The notes below the pieces were generated by a model, which did not search any database, had not been told where the DNA came from, and saw only the letters and a program-made list of their open reading frames with translations. A program made the translations under genes and the position numbers. A DNA stretch of 64,000 bases from an uncultured Pelagibacteraceae bacterium (GTDB taxonomy: Bacteria; Pseudomonadota; Alphaproteobacteria; Pelagibacterales; Pelagibacteraceae): contig CACGZQ010000002.1 in assembly GCA_902577575.1 (NCBI GenBank), positions 16,352 through 80,351 on the forward strand, given 5' to 3'. Positions 41,588-55,982 of the stretch are shown one piece after another (the stretch's first letter is position 1; every line of letters begins with the position of its first letter).

Positions 41588-44470
41588 ATGTCATCTTCCG
41601 ATAATAATATAACTTTTAAAAAAACCTCATTCCTTTCGGGTATAAATTCTGAATTTATAAACCAACTATATTCAGATTATCTTTCAGATCCGGAGTCGTT
41701 ACCTCTTGGGTGGAAAAATTTTTTTGAAGGGTTAAGTGAGGATGAAAAAATAATCTTAAATGATATTAATGGCCCTAGTTGGTCTCCAGAAAAAAAAAAT
41801 AAGAGAATAAATCTTCCCAAAAGCGAAATTGATAATGTTAATGAGTCTGAGAACGTAGATGCTGATTCACTTAAACAAGCATCACAAGACTCTGTTCGAG
41901 CCATAATGTTAATTAGAGCTTATAGGATAAGAGGACATCTGATTGCAAATTTAGACCCTTTATCTATACAAGAAAAAAGAGAACACTCTGAATTAAAACC
42001 CGAAACCTATGGTTTTACAAAAAAAGACTTCAGAAGAAAAATATTTTTAGATGGAGTTTTAGGACTTCAGTACGCAAATCTTGAACAAATTCTTAAAATC
42101 TTGAAAAAAACTTATTGTTCTACAATTGGATATGAATTCATGCACATGAGTGATCCTGAGGAAAAAGCCTGGATTAGAAATAGAATTGAAGGACCTGAAA
42201 AAGATATTACTTTTACTAAAAATGGCAAAAAAGCAATATTGAACAAGATTATACAGGCTGAAGGTTTTGAAAAATATTTACATGTTAAGTTTGTTGGTAC
42301 AAAAAGATTTGGCTTAGATGGTGGTGAGTCTTTGATACCTGCTTTAGAGCAGATTATCAAAAGAGGTGGTAATCTGGGAGCTAAAGAAATAAAGATCGGT
42401 ATGCCACATAGAGGAAGGTTAAACGTGTTAGCAAATGTAATGGGTAAACCATTTAGAGCAATTTTCAGTGAATTTTTTGGAAAGTCAGTTAGCGCAAGTA
42501 AAGATTTTGAGGGTGATGTGAAGTATCATTTAGGAGCTTCATCAAATAGAGAATTTGATGGAAACGTTGTTCATATCAGCCTTACAGACAATCCTTCCCA
42601 CCTTGAAGCTGTTAATCCTGTTGTTTTGGGGCAAGTTAGAGCTAAACAATTTTTTCACAAAGATAAAAATAGAAAAAAAGTAATCCCAGTATTAATGCAT
42701 GGAGATGCAGCTTTTGCCGGCCAAGGTATAGTTGCAGAATGTTTTGCAATGTCTGGATTACCAGGACATAATATTGGAGGGACCATTCATATAATTGTAA
42801 ATAATCAAATAGGTTTTACTACTGCACCTAGATTTGCTAGGTCATCACCTTATCCTTCTGATGTTGCCAAAACTGCACAAGCTCCAATATTTCACGTTAA
42901 TGGGGACGATCCTGAAGCAGTTACACATTGTGCTAAAATCGCCACTGAGTATAGGCAAAAATTTAATCGTGATGTCGTAATTGATATGGTTTGTTACAGA
43001 CGTTTTGGACATAACGAGGGAGATGAACCTTCATTTACCCAACCGATAATGTATAAGAAAATTAAAATTCATCCCTCTACGCTAACTTTATATGGAAAAA
43101 AACTATCTAGTGAGGGTTTGATCAGTGACGATCAATTACAAAATGATAAAATTAAATTTAAAGATTATTTAGAAAATGAATATATAGCTTCTAAAAACTA
43201 TAAGTCAGAACTCAAATGGTTTGACGGCGTATGGTCTAGATTTAAACCTGGGTTAGGAAAAGATAAACGAGGAAAAAGTGGAGTTGAAAAAAAAGTTTTA
43301 TCTAATATTGGAGATCAAATATTTAAAATTCCCAAAGATTTTGGTGCTCATAAAACTCTTAAAAGAGTATTTGAGTTAAAAAGTAAAATGTTCCAAACTG
43401 GCAAGATCGATTGGTCATCAGCTGAGTCATTAGCCTTTGGAACATTATTAACTGAGGGATTTTCAGTCAGGCTATCGGGTCAAGACTCTGGAAGAGGTAC
43501 ATTTAGCCAAAGACATGCAGTTTTAAGAAATCAAGATAATCACGATCGCTATGTACCTTTAAACAATATTCAAGTTAGACAAAAGAAATTCGAAATAATT
43601 GATAGCTTATTGTCAGAACTAGCAGTGCTTGGGTTTGAATACGGTTACTCTCTATCAGAACCAGAGACTCTAGTTATATGGGAAGCTCAATTCGGTGACT
43701 TTGCAAATGGAGCACAAGTTATTATAGATCAGTTTATTACCTCTTCCGAATCTAAATGGGGTAGAGCAAGCGGCCTCGTGATGTTGCTACCTCATGGTTA
43801 TGAAGGTCAAGGACCTGAACACTCTTCAGCAAGATTAGAAAGATTTTTACAATTATGTGCTGGAGAAAACATTCAAGTTGTGAATTGTACTACTCCTTCT
43901 AATTATTTTCATGTTTTAAGAAGGCAAATGCATAGAGAGTTTAGAAAACCTTTAATTGTTATGACACCAAAGTCTTTACTAAGACACAAGCGTTGTGTAT
44001 CTAATATTAACGAATTCGTTTCAAAAAGTTCATTTCACAGAGTTTTAGAAGACGATGCTTATGAAAAAAGAAATAATTTGATTTCATTAAAAAAAGATAA
44101 TCAAATAAAAAAAGTAATTATGTGTTCTGGTAAAATCTATTACGATTTAATTGAAGAAAGAGAAAAGACCAAAAAAAATCATATTGTTTTTGTTCGAGTA
44201 GAGCAGCTTTATCCTTTTCCGGCAAAGACGCTAGCTAAAGTGCTAAAGAAGTATAAAAAAGCTGAATTTATTTGGTGTCAGGAGGAGCCAAAAAATATGG
44301 GTGCCTGGAATACAGTAAGAAATTACATTGAAAGAACTTTGGAAATGATAAATTTTAAGGATATTAACATAAAATTTGTTGGCAGATCAGCCTCTTCAAC
44401 CACTGCGACTGGAAATGCTAACAAACATCTTGCACAACAAAAAGAAATATTAGAAAAGATACTTAAATAA
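41588..44470 (+). CDS. sucA: 2-oxoglutarate dehydrogenase E1
   Basis: [46 protein letters not shown]. Confidence 0.97.
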   Translation: MSSSDNNITFKKTSFLSGINSEFINQLYSDYLSDPESLPLGWKNFFEGLSEDEKIILNDINGPSWSPEKKNKRINLPKSEIDNVNESENVDADSLKQASQDSVRAIMLIRAYRIRGHLIANLDPLSIQEKREHSELKPETYGFTKKDFRRKIFLDGVLGLQYANLEQILKILKKTYCSTIGYEFMHMSDPEEKAWIRNRIEGPEKDITFTKNGKKAILNKIIQAEGFEKYLHVKFVGTKRFGLDGGESLIPALEQIIKRGGNLGAKEIKIGMPHRGRLNVLANVMGKPFRAIFSEFFGKSVSASKDFEGDVKYHLGASSNREFDGNVVHISLTDNPSHLEAVNPVVLGQVRAKQFFHKDKNRKKVIPVLMHGDAAFAGQGIVAECFAMSGLPGHNIGGTIHIIVNNQIGFTTAPRFARSSPYPSDVAKTAQAPIFHVNGDDPEAVTHCAKIATEYRQKFNRDVVIDMVCYRRFGHNEGDEPSFTQPIMYKKIKIHPSTLTLYGKKLSSEGLISDDQLQNDKIKFKDYLENEYIASKNYKSELKWFDGVWSRFKPGLGKDKRGKSGVEKKVLSNIGDQIFKIPKDFGAHKTLKRVFELKSKMFQTGKIDWSSAESLAFGTLLTEGFSVRLSGQDSGRGTFSQRHAVLRNQDNHDRYVPLNNIQVRQKKFEIIDSLLSELAVLGFEYGYSLSEPETLVIWEAQFGDFANGAQVIIDQFITSSESKWGRASGLVMLLPHGYEGQGPEHSSARLERFLQLCAGENIQVVNCTTPSNYFHVLRRQMHREFRKPLIVMTPKSLLRHKRCVSNINEFVSKSSFHRVLEDDAYEKRNNLISLKKDNQIKKVIMCSGKIYYDLIEEREKTKKNHIVFVRVEQLYPFPAKTLAKVLKKYKKAEFIWCQEEPKNMGAWNTVRNYIERTLEMINFKDINIKFVGRSASSTTATGNANKHLAQQKEILEKILK

Positions 44471-44472
44471 GT

Positions 44473-45804
44473 ATGTCAGAAAAAATAACAGTTCCTACTT
44501 TAGGTGAGTCAGTCACTGAAGCAACGGTATCGAAATGGTTAAAATCTCAAGGTGAAAAAGTAGTTGTAGATGAACCTATTGTCGAACTAGAAACCGATAA
44601 AGTTAATGTAGAGGTGCCCGCACCATCTAATGGTTTTCTTGGAACTATAGACGTTAAGGAAGGTGAGACAGTAAACGTTGGGTCAATATTAGGAACAATT
44701 AATGACAGCTTAAAAAATAATGATACTGTTGAACCAAAAGAGGTAAAATCTTACAGCCCTCCAAAAAAACAACCTAAATTATTCGAAGAAAAACAGAGTG
44801 TTGCGCAGAAGAAAAAAACTATTAAACCAAAAGTGACTGAACAAATTTTAACTTTAGATACTGAAAAGGTAGAGGACGAGATCCTAATTCTAGATGAGGT
44901 TCACGAGGAGAAGAAGATTTCAAAACAGTCTCTGAAAACAAAAAAAGAAACTAAAGTTTCACCAGCAGCAAGAAAGATGGCTAATGAGGCAAAGATCAAT
45001 TTAGACCAAGTAAGAGGGACTGGAAAAAATGGAATAATTTTGAAAGAGGACATAATGGAACTAATGGGTTCTAAACCTTCACCTTCTGAAAGAAAGATTA
45101 AACATGGTCCAGAAGAAAGAGTAAAGATGACTAGGCTGAGATTAACTATAGCTAAGAGATTAAAAGAAGCTCAGGAAAATGCAGCAATGCTAACAACTTT
45201 CAATGAGGTGGATATGAGTGAAGTAATCTCAATGCGAAATGAATACAAAGAAGAGTTTCAGAAAAACTATGGAGTTAAATTAGGTTTTATGTCTTTTTTT
45301 GTAAAAGCCTGCGTGATTGGTTTAAAAAATTTTCCTGCTATTAACTCAGAAATACAAGGAGAAGAGATAGTATACAAAAATTACTATAATATCAGTATTG
45401 CTGTCGGTACAGATAGAGGTTTAGTAGTGCCAGTTTTAAGAGAAACTGACGAAATGTCTTTTGCTGATATCGAAAAAAAAATTGCTGAACTTGGTTCAAA
45501 AGCAAGAGACGGTAAGATAACTATTGAAGATCTTCAAGGAGGAACATTTACAATTACAAATGGGGGAATTTATGGATCGATGTTGTCTACACCAATTTTA
45601 AATCCTCCACAATCTGCTGTATTAGGTATGCACAACATTGTACAAAGACCAGTAGTTATAAATGGAAATGTAGAAGCAAGGCCGATTATGTATTTAGCCT
45701 TGTCCTATGATCATAGAATTGTAGACGGTAAAGAAGCTGTTTCTTTTTTAAAAATTGTAAAAGAATGTTTAGAACAGCCAAAAAGATTGTTTTTAAATAT
45801 ATAG
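44473..45804 (+). CDS. sucB: Dihydrolipoyl succinyltransferase E2
   Basis: ETDKV lipoyl motif, SPAARK E3-binding domain, LSYDHR. Confidence 0.96.
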   Translation: MSEKITVPTLGESVTEATVSKWLKSQGEKVVVDEPIVELETDKVNVEVPAPSNGFLGTIDVKEGETVNVGSILGTINDSLKNNDTVEPKEVKSYSPPKKQPKLFEEKQSVAQKKKTIKPKVTEQILTLDTEKVEDEILILDEVHEEKKISKQSLKTKKETKVSPAARKMANEAKINLDQVRGTGKNGIILKEDIMELMGSKPSPSERKIKHGPEERVKMTRLRLTIAKRLKEAQENAAMLTTFNEVDMSEVISMRNEYKEEFQKNYGVKLGFMSFFVKACVIGLKNFPAINSEIQGEEIVYKNYYNISIAVGTDRGLVVPVLRETDEMSFADIEKKIAELGSKARDGKITIEDLQGGTFTITNGGIYGSMLSTPILNPPQSAVLGMHNIVQRPVVINGNVEARPIMYLALSYDHRIVDGKEAVSFLKIVKECLEQPKRLFLNI

Positions 45805-45805
45805 T

Positions 45806-47206
45806 ATGGATAGTTTTGATTTAGTAGTTATTGGCGGCGGACCGGGCGGTTACGTGTGTGCGATTAGAGCAGCACAACTTGGTTTAAAAACTGCATGTGT
45901 AGAGTCAAGAGGAACTCTTGGAGGCACATGCCTTAATGTTGGTTGTATTCCCTCTAAGAGCTTATTAAATCTTTCAGAAAATTTTCATAAAGCAAAAAAA
46001 GATTTTAATAATCAGGGTATTGAAGTTGAAGGTGTAAAATTAAATATCGAAAAAATGATGTCTAATAAAAATAAATCAGTACAAGTTTTAACAAAGGGAG
46101 TAGAGTTTTTATTTAAAAAGAATAAAGTAACTTACATAAAAGGAAAAGGTGTTCTTTTTTCAAAAAATGATATAGTCGTGTATGATAATGATAAGAAATC
46201 AAATTATAGTGCAAAAAATATAGTTATAGCAACCGGATCATCAGTTGCCTCATTACCAGGCATAGAAATAGATGAAAAAAACGTGATATCATCAACTGGC
46301 GCTTTGTCTTTAAATAGTGTTCCTAAAAAATTAGCAGTTATAGGTGGAGGTTATATAGGTTTAGAAATGGGTTCAGTTTGGTCTAGATTAGGATCAGAAG
46401 TAACAGTTATAGAATATCTCGATCATATTACGCCAGGCATGGATAGAGAAATTTCAACTGAATTTAAGAAAATTTTAACTAAACAAGGAATTAAATTTAA
46501 AATGAGTTCAAAAGTCAACAAAGTAAGTTCTTCAAGCTCAAGTGTTTCAATAAATTACACAGACTTAAAAAGTTCAAAAGATGAAACTTTAGCATTTGAT
46601 AAAGTCCTTGTATCAGTTGGTCGAAAACCTTACACGGAAGGCCTTAATTTAACAAAAATAGGTGTAAAAAAAGATAACAAAGGAAGGATTGAAGTTAATT
46701 CAAAATTACAAACCTCAATTAACAACATTTATGCAATTGGTGATGTAATAAAAGGCCCAATGCTTGCTCATAAGGCCGAAGAGGAAGGTATTGCTGTCGC
46801 CGAAATACTAGCAGGACAAGCAGGTCATGTGAATTATGATGTAATTCCAGGTGTGATATATACTTCACCCGAAGTTGCAACAGTTGGTAAAACCGAAGAG
46901 CAGCTAAAAGAAGAAAATGTATTTTATAAGGTTGGAAAATTTCCATTTCTAGCTAATTCAAGAGCAAAAGTTAACAATGAAACAGAGGGTTTTGTTAAGA
47001 TTTTAGCAGATAGTAAAACTGATAAAGTTTTAGGAGTGCATATTATCGGTCCTCATTGCGGCGATATGATTGCGGAAATGGCATTGGCAATGGAATTTGG
47101 AGCTAGCGCAGAGGATATTGCTAGAACGTGCCATGCCCATCCGACTCACACAGAGGCAATAAAAGAAGCAGCATTAGCTGTTGATAAAAGACCAATTCAT
47201 TTTTAA
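45806..47206 (+). CDS. lpdA: Dihydrolipoyl dehydrogenase E3
   Basis: GGGPGG, GGTCLNVGCIPSK, HAHPT..E. Confidence 0.97.
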   Translation: MDSFDLVVIGGGPGGYVCAIRAAQLGLKTACVESRGTLGGTCLNVGCIPSKSLLNLSENFHKAKKDFNNQGIEVEGVKLNIEKMMSNKNKSVQVLTKGVEFLFKKNKVTYIKGKGVLFSKNDIVVYDNDKKSNYSAKNIVIATGSSVASLPGIEIDEKNVISSTGALSLNSVPKKLAVIGGGYIGLEMGSVWSRLGSEVTVIEYLDHITPGMDREISTEFKKILTKQGIKFKMSSKVNKVSSSSSSVSINYTDLKSSKDETLAFDKVLVSVGRKPYTEGLNLTKIGVKKDNKGRIEVNSKLQTSINNIYAIGDVIKGPMLAHKAEEEGIAVAEILAGQAGHVNYDVIPGVIYTSPEVATVGKTEEQLKEENVFYKVGKFPFLANSRAKVNNETEGFVKILADSKTDKVLGVHIIGPHCGDMIAEMALAMEFGASAEDIARTCHAHPTHTEAIKEAALAVDKRPIHF

Positions 47207-47234
47207 TTAAGAATATTTCAAATACTATTATCTA

Positions 47235-49178
47235 ATGAAAGCGCAAGTATTGTTGCCAAAAGTTTTTAATTTTCCTTTTACTTATAACTCCAAGTATAAG
47301 AGTAAAATTGGAGATTTAGTGGAAGTTCCATTCGGTACGAAAAACGAAATTGGAGTGATTTGGAAAAATAAATATACAGAGCCAAAAGATATAAAAATTA
47401 AAGATATAAAAAGGGATACAGGGTATTCAATCAATAGCAAATTAATCGATTTTATTGAATGGTTTTCATCATACAACATGGTGCCGATTGGTTTAGTTTT
47501 GAAGATGGTTATTGGAGGCACAGATAGGTTTAAAATAAACAAAGATGATTTAATTAAAGTAAAAAAAACTCAAATAAAAGAATTCAAGCTTAATTTAGAA
47601 CAAACAAATGCTTTAAAGTTCCTTGGAAAAATAAAAAATAAATTTGATGTATCTGTTTTACAAGGAACTACAGGATCAGGAAAGACTCTTGTATATTTTG
47701 AGAGAATAAAAGAAATAATAAAAAAAAATAATCAAGCCCTGATATTATTACCAGAAATATTCTTGACTAATGATTTTAAATCGAGATTTGAAGATTTTTT
47801 TGGTTTTGAACCTGCAATCTGGCATTCAAAAATTACGCCAAAAAAAAAGAGGATAATCTGGAAAGGATTAATGAAAAATAAAATAAAGATTTTAATTGGT
47901 GCAAGATCAGCATTACTATTACCTTTTAAAAATTTGGGAATTATTATTGTAGATGAAGAACATGATACATCTTATAAACAAGATGAAGGTGTTATTTATA
48001 ATGCTCGAGATATGGCAATTTCAAGGGCTAATTTTGAAAAAATTCCAATACACCTAGTCACTTCTGTGCCTTCAATAGAAACATACAATAATATTTGTAA
48101 AAAAAAGTACAGGCATTTTAAAATTGTAAAAAGGTTTAATAACTATCCTCTTCCAGATACCAAAATTATAAATTTAAATATTAATAAAATGAAAGACAGG
48201 TTTATTTCAAAAGAAACAATAGAAATCGTAAAAACCTACCTTCAAAAAGGAGATCAGATTTTGTTTTTTATAAATAGAAGAGGTTTTGCTCCCTACTTAA
48301 TTTGTAAAAAATGTGGGTATAAAGAATGTTGTCCTAATTGTTCACTATATTTAACATTCCACAAATTAATTAATAAAGTTATTTGTCACCATTGTTCCTT
48401 TGAAAAAGGAGTAAAAACAAAATGTAAAATTGAGGGAAATTGTAAATTTGTGATGTACGGCCCAGGAGTAGAAAAAATATATGAGGAAGCAAAAGAGATA
48501 TTTCAGAATAAAAAGATTGGCATATTTTCTAGCGATTATCTAAAAACAAAAGAAAAAACTAAAAAATTTTTTAAAGAAATTAACGATAATAAAATAGATA
48601 TTTTGATTGGTACTCAAATGATATCGAAAGGTTTTAACTTTCCCAAATTAAATTGTATTGTTGTCATCGATGCTGATTTCTCTGGCAGGGGCTATGATTT
48701 AAGAGCAACTGAAAAAAATATTCAATTATATCATCAGTTAAGCGGTAGAGCAGGAAGATTTAGTTCAGGTTCTTTAATTGTATATCAAACATTAACTCCT
48801 CGAGATATAACTCTAAATGAATTAATTAAAAATAATTCAGAAAAACTTCTCAAAAATGAACTTTCAATAAGGGAAAAAAATAAATTACCTCCTTTTATAA
48901 GACTAGTTGCAATAATTATATCATCAAAGGAACCAAGTTTAAGTTTACAAGGCGCAACAGAAATTAAAAATAAATTGATTAATATTAAAGATGTTGAAGT
49001 ATTCGGGCCAGTTGACTCTCCGTTGTTTAAAATCAAAAAAAATTTTAGATCTAGGCTGCTAATTAGGTTTAGTAGCCGTTTTTTGAAGCAAAAAGAAATC
49101 ATAAAGGTCTTAAATGGGCTTAAAATCTCATCAAAAATAAAACTTACGGTTGATGTTGATCCTGTCAATTTTGCTTAA
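47235..49178 (+). CDS. priA: Primosomal protein N' (compact)
   Basis: GTTGSGKT, DEEHD.SYKQ, NRRGFAP plus Cys cluster, GTQMISKG, GRAGR, VDVDP. Confidence 0.95.
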   Translation: MKAQVLLPKVFNFPFTYNSKYKSKIGDLVEVPFGTKNEIGVIWKNKYTEPKDIKIKDIKRDTGYSINSKLIDFIEWFSSYNMVPIGLVLKMVIGGTDRFKINKDDLIKVKKTQIKEFKLNLEQTNALKFLGKIKNKFDVSVLQGTTGSGKTLVYFERIKEIIKKNNQALILLPEIFLTNDFKSRFEDFFGFEPAIWHSKITPKKKRIIWKGLMKNKIKILIGARSALLLPFKNLGIIIVDEEHDTSYKQDEGVIYNARDMAISRANFEKIPIHLVTSVPSIETYNNICKKKYRHFKIVKRFNNYPLPDTKIINLNINKMKDRFISKETIEIVKTYLQKGDQILFFINRRGFAPYLICKKCGYKECCPNCSLYLTFHKLINKVICHHCSFEKGVKTKCKIEGNCKFVMYGPGVEKIYEEAKEIFQNKKIGIFSSDYLKTKEKTKKFFKEINDNKIDILIGTQMISKGFNFPKLNCIVVIDADFSGRGYDLRATEKNIQLYHQLSGRAGRFSSGSLIVYQTLTPRDITLNELIKNNSEKLLKNELSIREKNKLPPFIRLVAIIISSKEPSLSLQGATEIKNKLINIKDVEVFGPVDSPLFKIKKNFRSRLLIRFSSRFLKQKEIIKVLNGLKISSKIKLTVDVDPVNFA

Positions 49179-49259
49179 GTCCAAAATTGGCAACTTGATC
49201 ATGATATACTCTTATGATACGACCAACGCATATTTCACATAAAATTCTAACAACAAAAA

Positions 49260-49817
49260 ATGAGCAAAAACAAATCTTTCTCAACTGAAACTTCAGAAAG
49301 GTATTCTCGCGCTTTATTTGAAGTTTCCAAGGAGTCTTCCGAACTCGATAAGGTAGAGGATAATATAAAAAATTTTCAAATCTTATTAAATTCCAGCCCA
49401 GAAATTAAAAATTTTTTAAAGAATCCTACTCAGAGCATTAACAAGCAAAAAGAAGTAATTAATTTATTATCAGATAAATTGGAACTTTCAAAGAATTTAA
49501 AAAACTTCTTTTTGCTATTAATTGAAAAAAGAAGAATTTTCTTTGTACAAAAAATTTCAGAAAGTTTTTTAAAATTATGTTCAAAAAAAAGAGGAGAAAT
49601 AAAGGCTTCATTAATTTCTTCAAAAGAACTTTCTAAACCAGAGCTCGATATAATAAGTAAAGATTTATCAGCTGCAATGGGGTCAACATTAAAATTTGAC
49701 TATAAAGTGGATAAAGAATTAATTGGAGGTTTAAAATTACAATTAGGAAGTTTTATGATTGATACATCAATTAAAAGTAAATTAAAAAAATACGAACAAA
49801 TAATGTTAGAAAGTTAA
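49260..49817 (+). CDS. atpH: ATP synthase F1 delta
   Basis: [21 protein letters not shown]; first gene of the F1 operon. Confidence 0.93.
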   Translation: MSKNKSFSTETSERYSRALFEVSKESSELDKVEDNIKNFQILLNSSPEIKNFLKNPTQSINKQKEVINLLSDKLELSKNLKNFFLLLIEKRRIFFVQKISESFLKLCSKKRGEIKASLISSKELSKPELDIISKDLSAAMGSTLKFDYKVDKELIGGLKLQLGSFMIDTSIKSKLKKYEQIMLES

Positions 49818-49818
49818 A

Positions 49819-51345
49819 ATGACAATTAATCCATCAGAAGTAACAAAATTATTAAAAGATCAAATAAAAAACTTTGGTGAAAAAGCAGAAATTTCTGAGA
49901 TAGGAAAAGTTTTGTCAGTAGGAGATGGTATAGCACGTGTCTACGGTTTAGATAATGTACAGGCTGGAGAAATGGTTGAATTTGAAGATGGCTCAAAAGG
50001 AATGGCGCTAAATTTAGAAAACGATAATGTAGGTGTTGTAATCTTTGGTGACGATAGAAATATTAAAGAGGGAGATACCATAAAAAGGACTAATGCAATT
50101 GTAGATGTTCCAGTTGGTAAAGAACTTCTAGGTAGAGTAGTAGATGGACTTGGAAATCCAATTGATGGAAAAGGTCCACTCTCCGTTAAAAATAGAAAAC
50201 GTGTAGAAGTAAAAGCCCCAGGTATTATTCCAAGGCAATCAGTTAATGAACCGATGCAAACGGGATTAAAATCAATTGACTCTTTAATACCTATCGGCAG
50301 AGGCCAAAGAGAGTTAATAATTGGAGACAGACAAACAGGAAAAACTGCAGTAGCTATTGATGCTATTATTAATCAAAAAAAGATAAATGAGTCTTCTGAT
50401 GAGAAAAAAAAATTATATTGTGTTTACGTGGCTATAGGTCAAAAACGTTCGACAGTTGCTCAGATAACAAAAACATTAGAAGAAGCAGGTGCCCTTAAAT
50501 ATACAACAATTGTTGCAGCCACGGCTTCAGACTCGGCTCCATTACAGTTTTTAGCTCCTTATACTGGATGCACAATTGGTGAATTCTTTAGAGATAACGG
50601 TATGCATGCATTAATAGTATATGATGATTTGTCAAAACAAGCTGTAGCTTATAGACAAATGTCTTTACTATTGAGAAGACCGCCTGGTAGAGAAGCCTAT
50701 CCTGGAGATGTATTTTACTTACACAGTAGATTATTAGAACGTGCAGCGAAATTGAGTGACAAAAGCGGAGGGGGATCTCTAACAGCTTTACCTATTATTG
50801 AAACGCAGGCAGGAGACGTCTCTGCTTATATTCCGACTAATGTAATCTCCATAACTGATGGACAGATATTTTTAGAAACCGAATTATTTAATCAGGGAAT
50901 TAGACCAGCAGTTAATGTTGGATTATCTGTATCTAGAGTAGGATCTGCTGCTCAAACAAAAGCTATGAAAAAAGTAGCTGGATCAATTAAATTAGAATTA
51001 GCTCAATATAGAGAGATGGCAGCTTTTGCACAATTTGGCTCTGATTTGGACGCTTCCACTCAACAACTTTTAAATCGCGGCTCGAAATTAACAGAGCTAT
51101 TAAAACAAGATCAATATTCACCGATGACTGTTGCAGAACAAGTCATATCAGTTTTTACCGGAGTTAAAGGATATTTGGATGATTTAGATTTAGGAAAAAT
51201 AAAAAAATTTGAAAAAGATGTTATTGATAAAATTAAATCTGAAAAGCCTGAAATAATAGAAGCAATACAATCATCAGGTAAACTCGAGGAAAGTACTGAA
51301 AAACTTTTGGTTCAAGCTATTGAGGAATATAAAAAAGGAAATTAA
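49819..51345 (+). CDS. atpA: ATP synthase F1 alpha
   Basis: [32 protein letters not shown]. Confidence 0.98.
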   Translation: MTINPSEVTKLLKDQIKNFGEKAEISEIGKVLSVGDGIARVYGLDNVQAGEMVEFEDGSKGMALNLENDNVGVVIFGDDRNIKEGDTIKRTNAIVDVPVGKELLGRVVDGLGNPIDGKGPLSVKNRKRVEVKAPGIIPRQSVNEPMQTGLKSIDSLIPIGRGQRELIIGDRQTGKTAVAIDAIINQKKINESSDEKKKLYCVYVAIGQKRSTVAQITKTLEEAGALKYTTIVAATASDSAPLQFLAPYTGCTIGEFFRDNGMHALIVYDDLSKQAVAYRQMSLLLRRPPGREAYPGDVFYLHSRLLERAAKLSDKSGGGSLTALPIIETQAGDVSAYIPTNVISITDGQIFLETELFNQGIRPAVNVGLSVSRVGSAAQTKAMKKVAGSIKLELAQYREMAAFAQFGSDLDASTQQLLNRGSKLTELLKQDQYSPMTVAEQVISVFTGVKGYLDDLDLGKIKKFEKDVIDKIKSEKPEIIEAIQSSGKLEESTEKLLVQAIEEYKKGN

Positions 51346-51347
51346 TT

Positions 51348-53644
<2,297 letters not shown>

Positions 53645-53650
53645 ATTATA

Positions 53651-54037
53651 ATGTCAAATTTCACAGTTGAAATAATATCTCCAGCTAAATCAATTTTAAA
53701 GATAGAGGCACGTGAGGTAATATTGCCTTCATTTGAAGGTGAAATTGGAATTTTGAAAGACCACATCCCTATAATTACTTTTTTAAGACCAGGAATAATT
53801 AAAATTTTGAGTGACGCCAACCAAGAATTTTTTGTTGAAGATGGAACAGTAGAATTTTTAAATAATAATCTTCTAGTATTAACTTCAACTGCCCAAAAAT
53901 TATCGGATCTGAAGAAAGAAAATTTAAATTCAATTATAACTGAAACAGAAAAAGCAATTAATAAAGACCCTTTAAAGGATAAAGAAAAATATTTATTAAC
54001 TTATAAATTGGAAACTTTAAAAAATATTATCCAATAA
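53651..54037 (+). CDS. atpC: ATP synthase F1 epsilon
   Basis: VEIISP, GEIGILKDHIP, LRPG; last gene of the F1 operon. Confidence 0.92.
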   Translation: MSNFTVEIISPAKSILKIEAREVILPSFEGEIGILKDHIPIITFLRPGIIKILSDANQEFFVEDGTVEFLNNNLLVLTSTAQKLSDLKKENLNSIITETEKAINKDPLKDKEKYLLTYKLETLKNIIQ

Positions 54038-54497
54038 ATTCTTCTATCTCTTTTAAGAGCTCTAAATACATTTCCTTTTTAAAATCTACAATAACTTCAG
54101 GAAGCATGCTAGGAATAATCCATTTCCAGTCTATAAATTCTGGATTTTTTGTATTTAGATTAATTTCATTTTCTTTACCGGTAAATTTTACTATAAACCA
54201 TTTTTGTCTTTGACCTCTAAATTTTCCTTTCCAAATAATTCCGATCAATTTTTTTGGAAGTTCGTATTCATATAGACCATTTATTTCTCTCAAAATTTGT
54301 ATATTTTTTATACCAGTTTCCTCATAAAGTTCACGTTTCATTGCAGAGATGTAATCTTCCCCTATATCGACGCCACCTTGTGGCATTTGCCACTTATCTA
54401 CTGGATTGTCTTTTCTTTTACCTACGAAAACTTTGTTTTCATTATTTAAAATTATCACTCCTACCCCGGATCGCATAGGGAGTTTTTTTTTCAACAT
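54027..54497 (-). CDS. rppH: RNA pyrophosphohydrolase (Nudix)
   Basis: WQMPQGGVD.GE...AMKRELYEETG Nudix box, GQRQKWF, IVDFKK. Confidence 0.93.
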   Translation of the reverse strand: MLKKKLPMRSGVGVIILNNENKVFVGKRKDNPVDKWQMPQGGVDIGEDYISAMKRELYEETGIKNIQILREINGLYEYELPKKLIGIIWKGKFRGQRQKWFIVKFTGKENEINLNTKNPEFIDWKWIIPSMLPEVIVDFKKEMYLELLKEIEEFIG

Positions 54498-54501
54498 ATC
54501 G

Positions 54502-55638
54502 TTAAGAATTAAAAAGTTTTATTGCGTAATTTAATTGATTATCTTTGTCTGAATTTATTTGGAAATCATTACTTTCTTCCTCCACAAGGATATCAGGTGT
54601 TACACCCACTTCTGAAATTGATTTTCCTGATGGAAGGTAATATTTTGAAATAGTAAGTCTCATACCTCCACCGTTACCTAAAGGAATAATTGATTGAACA
54701 GAACCTTTACCGAAAGAATTTTCTCCAACAATTATAGCTCTTTTGTGATCTTTTAAAGCTCCTGCAAATATTTCTGAAGCTGAAGCCGATCCATTATTTA
54801 TGAGAACAATAATCGGTTTTCCATTAATTTCATCTCCTTTTCTAGCAAAAAACTTTCTTGTTTCTGAAACTTTTCTTCCTTTTGTAGAAACAATTTCACC
54901 GTCCTCAAGAAAAAAATCAGTTATATTTATAGCTTGAGTTAATAAGCCCCCTGGATTATTTCTTAAATCAAACACATATCCTTTTACTTTAAATTTCTTC
55001 TCAAGATTTTTTACCGATTCTAAAAACTGTTTATCACTGTTTTCATTAAATGATTTTAGCCGTACGTAGCCTAAGTCTTTTTTTTCCCCAATAGTTTTTG
55101 AACTTACAGATCGCACCTCAATTATTTGCCTTACTATTCGGAATTCCAGAGGTTTTTTTATTTTTTTTCTCATAACAGTTAAATCAATGTATGTCCCTAC
55201 AGGACCTCGCATTAATTTAACCGCCTCAATTAAAGATTTGCCTTGGACTTGTTCCCCACCTATTTTAACAATGTAATCACCTGCTTTAATACCAGCTTTT
55301 GCTGCGGGGGTGTCATCAATAGGTGAAATTACTTTAATAACACCGGACTCCATTCCTATTTCAATTCCTAGACCACCAAATTCTCCTCTAGTATCAGTCT
55401 GCATTTCTTTGAAAAGTTCTGGGCTCATATATGCCGAATAAGGGTCAAGCGATTGAAGGACACCATTGATAGCTGAGTCCATTATTTCTACTTGATCAAC
55501 TTCATCTACATATTCTTCCTTAATATTTTCTAATACTTCTCCAAAAAGATCTATTTTTTCAAATAATTCATTTTTTGCTTTTACATCTGTGTTAGCAAAA
55601 CTGAATAATAAAAAGAGAAATACTAAAACTATTCTCAT
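54502..55638 (-). CDS. ctpA: Carboxyl-terminal processing protease (S41, PDZ)
   Basis: LDPYSAY, GGLGIE, DLRNNPGG, SASASEI, FGKGSVQ. Confidence 0.93.
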   Translation of the reverse strand: MRIVLVFLFLLFSFANTDVKAKNELFEKIDLFGEVLENIKEEYVDEVDQVEIMDSAINGVLQSLDPYSAYMSPELFKEMQTDTRGEFGGLGIEIGMESGVIKVISPIDDTPAAKAGIKAGDYIVKIGGEQVQGKSLIEAVKLMRGPVGTYIDLTVMRKKIKKPLEFRIVRQIIEVRSVSSKTIGEKKDLGYVRLKSFNENSDKQFLESVKNLEKKFKVKGYVFDLRNNPGGLLTQAINITDFFLEDGEIVSTKGRKVSETRKFFARKGDEINGKPIIVLINNGSASASEIFAGALKDHKRAIIVGENSFGKGSVQSIIPLGNGGGMRLTISKYYLPSGKSISEVGVTPDILVEEESNDFQINSDKDNQLNYAIKLFNS

Positions 55639-55982
55639 ATCATCGCTCTTTCTATTGGATTTTCCTCAGACCACATATTTTCCAAATCGTAAAACTCCCT
55701 TTTTTCTGGATGAAAAATATGCACAATAATATCTTGAGTATCGACCAATTTCCAATCTTTACTATCTTTACCTTCTATCTTACAATTATTCATTCCAAGT
55801 TTTTTTAATTCGACAACTAAAATTTCAGACAAAGCTTGTAAATGTCTTGAGGAAGTTCCAGAAGCTATCACCATATAATCTGCAATATAGGATTTATTTT
55901 TTAGATTAATCGAGGTTATATTTTTTGCTTTATTATCATCTAAAATTTTTTCAATTATATTTTTAGTTTCTGTGACTTTCAT
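55635..55982 (-). CDS. rsfS: Ribosome silencing factor (Iojap)
   Basis: LDDNKA, DYMVIASGTS.RH, W.LVD, VHIF, FYDLE.MW. Confidence 0.93.
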   Translation of the reverse strand: MKVTETKNIIEKILDDNKAKNITSINLKNKSYIADYMVIASGTSSRHLQALSEILVVELKKLGMNNCKIEGKDSKDWKLVDTQDIIVHIFHPEKREFYDLENMWSEENPIERAMI

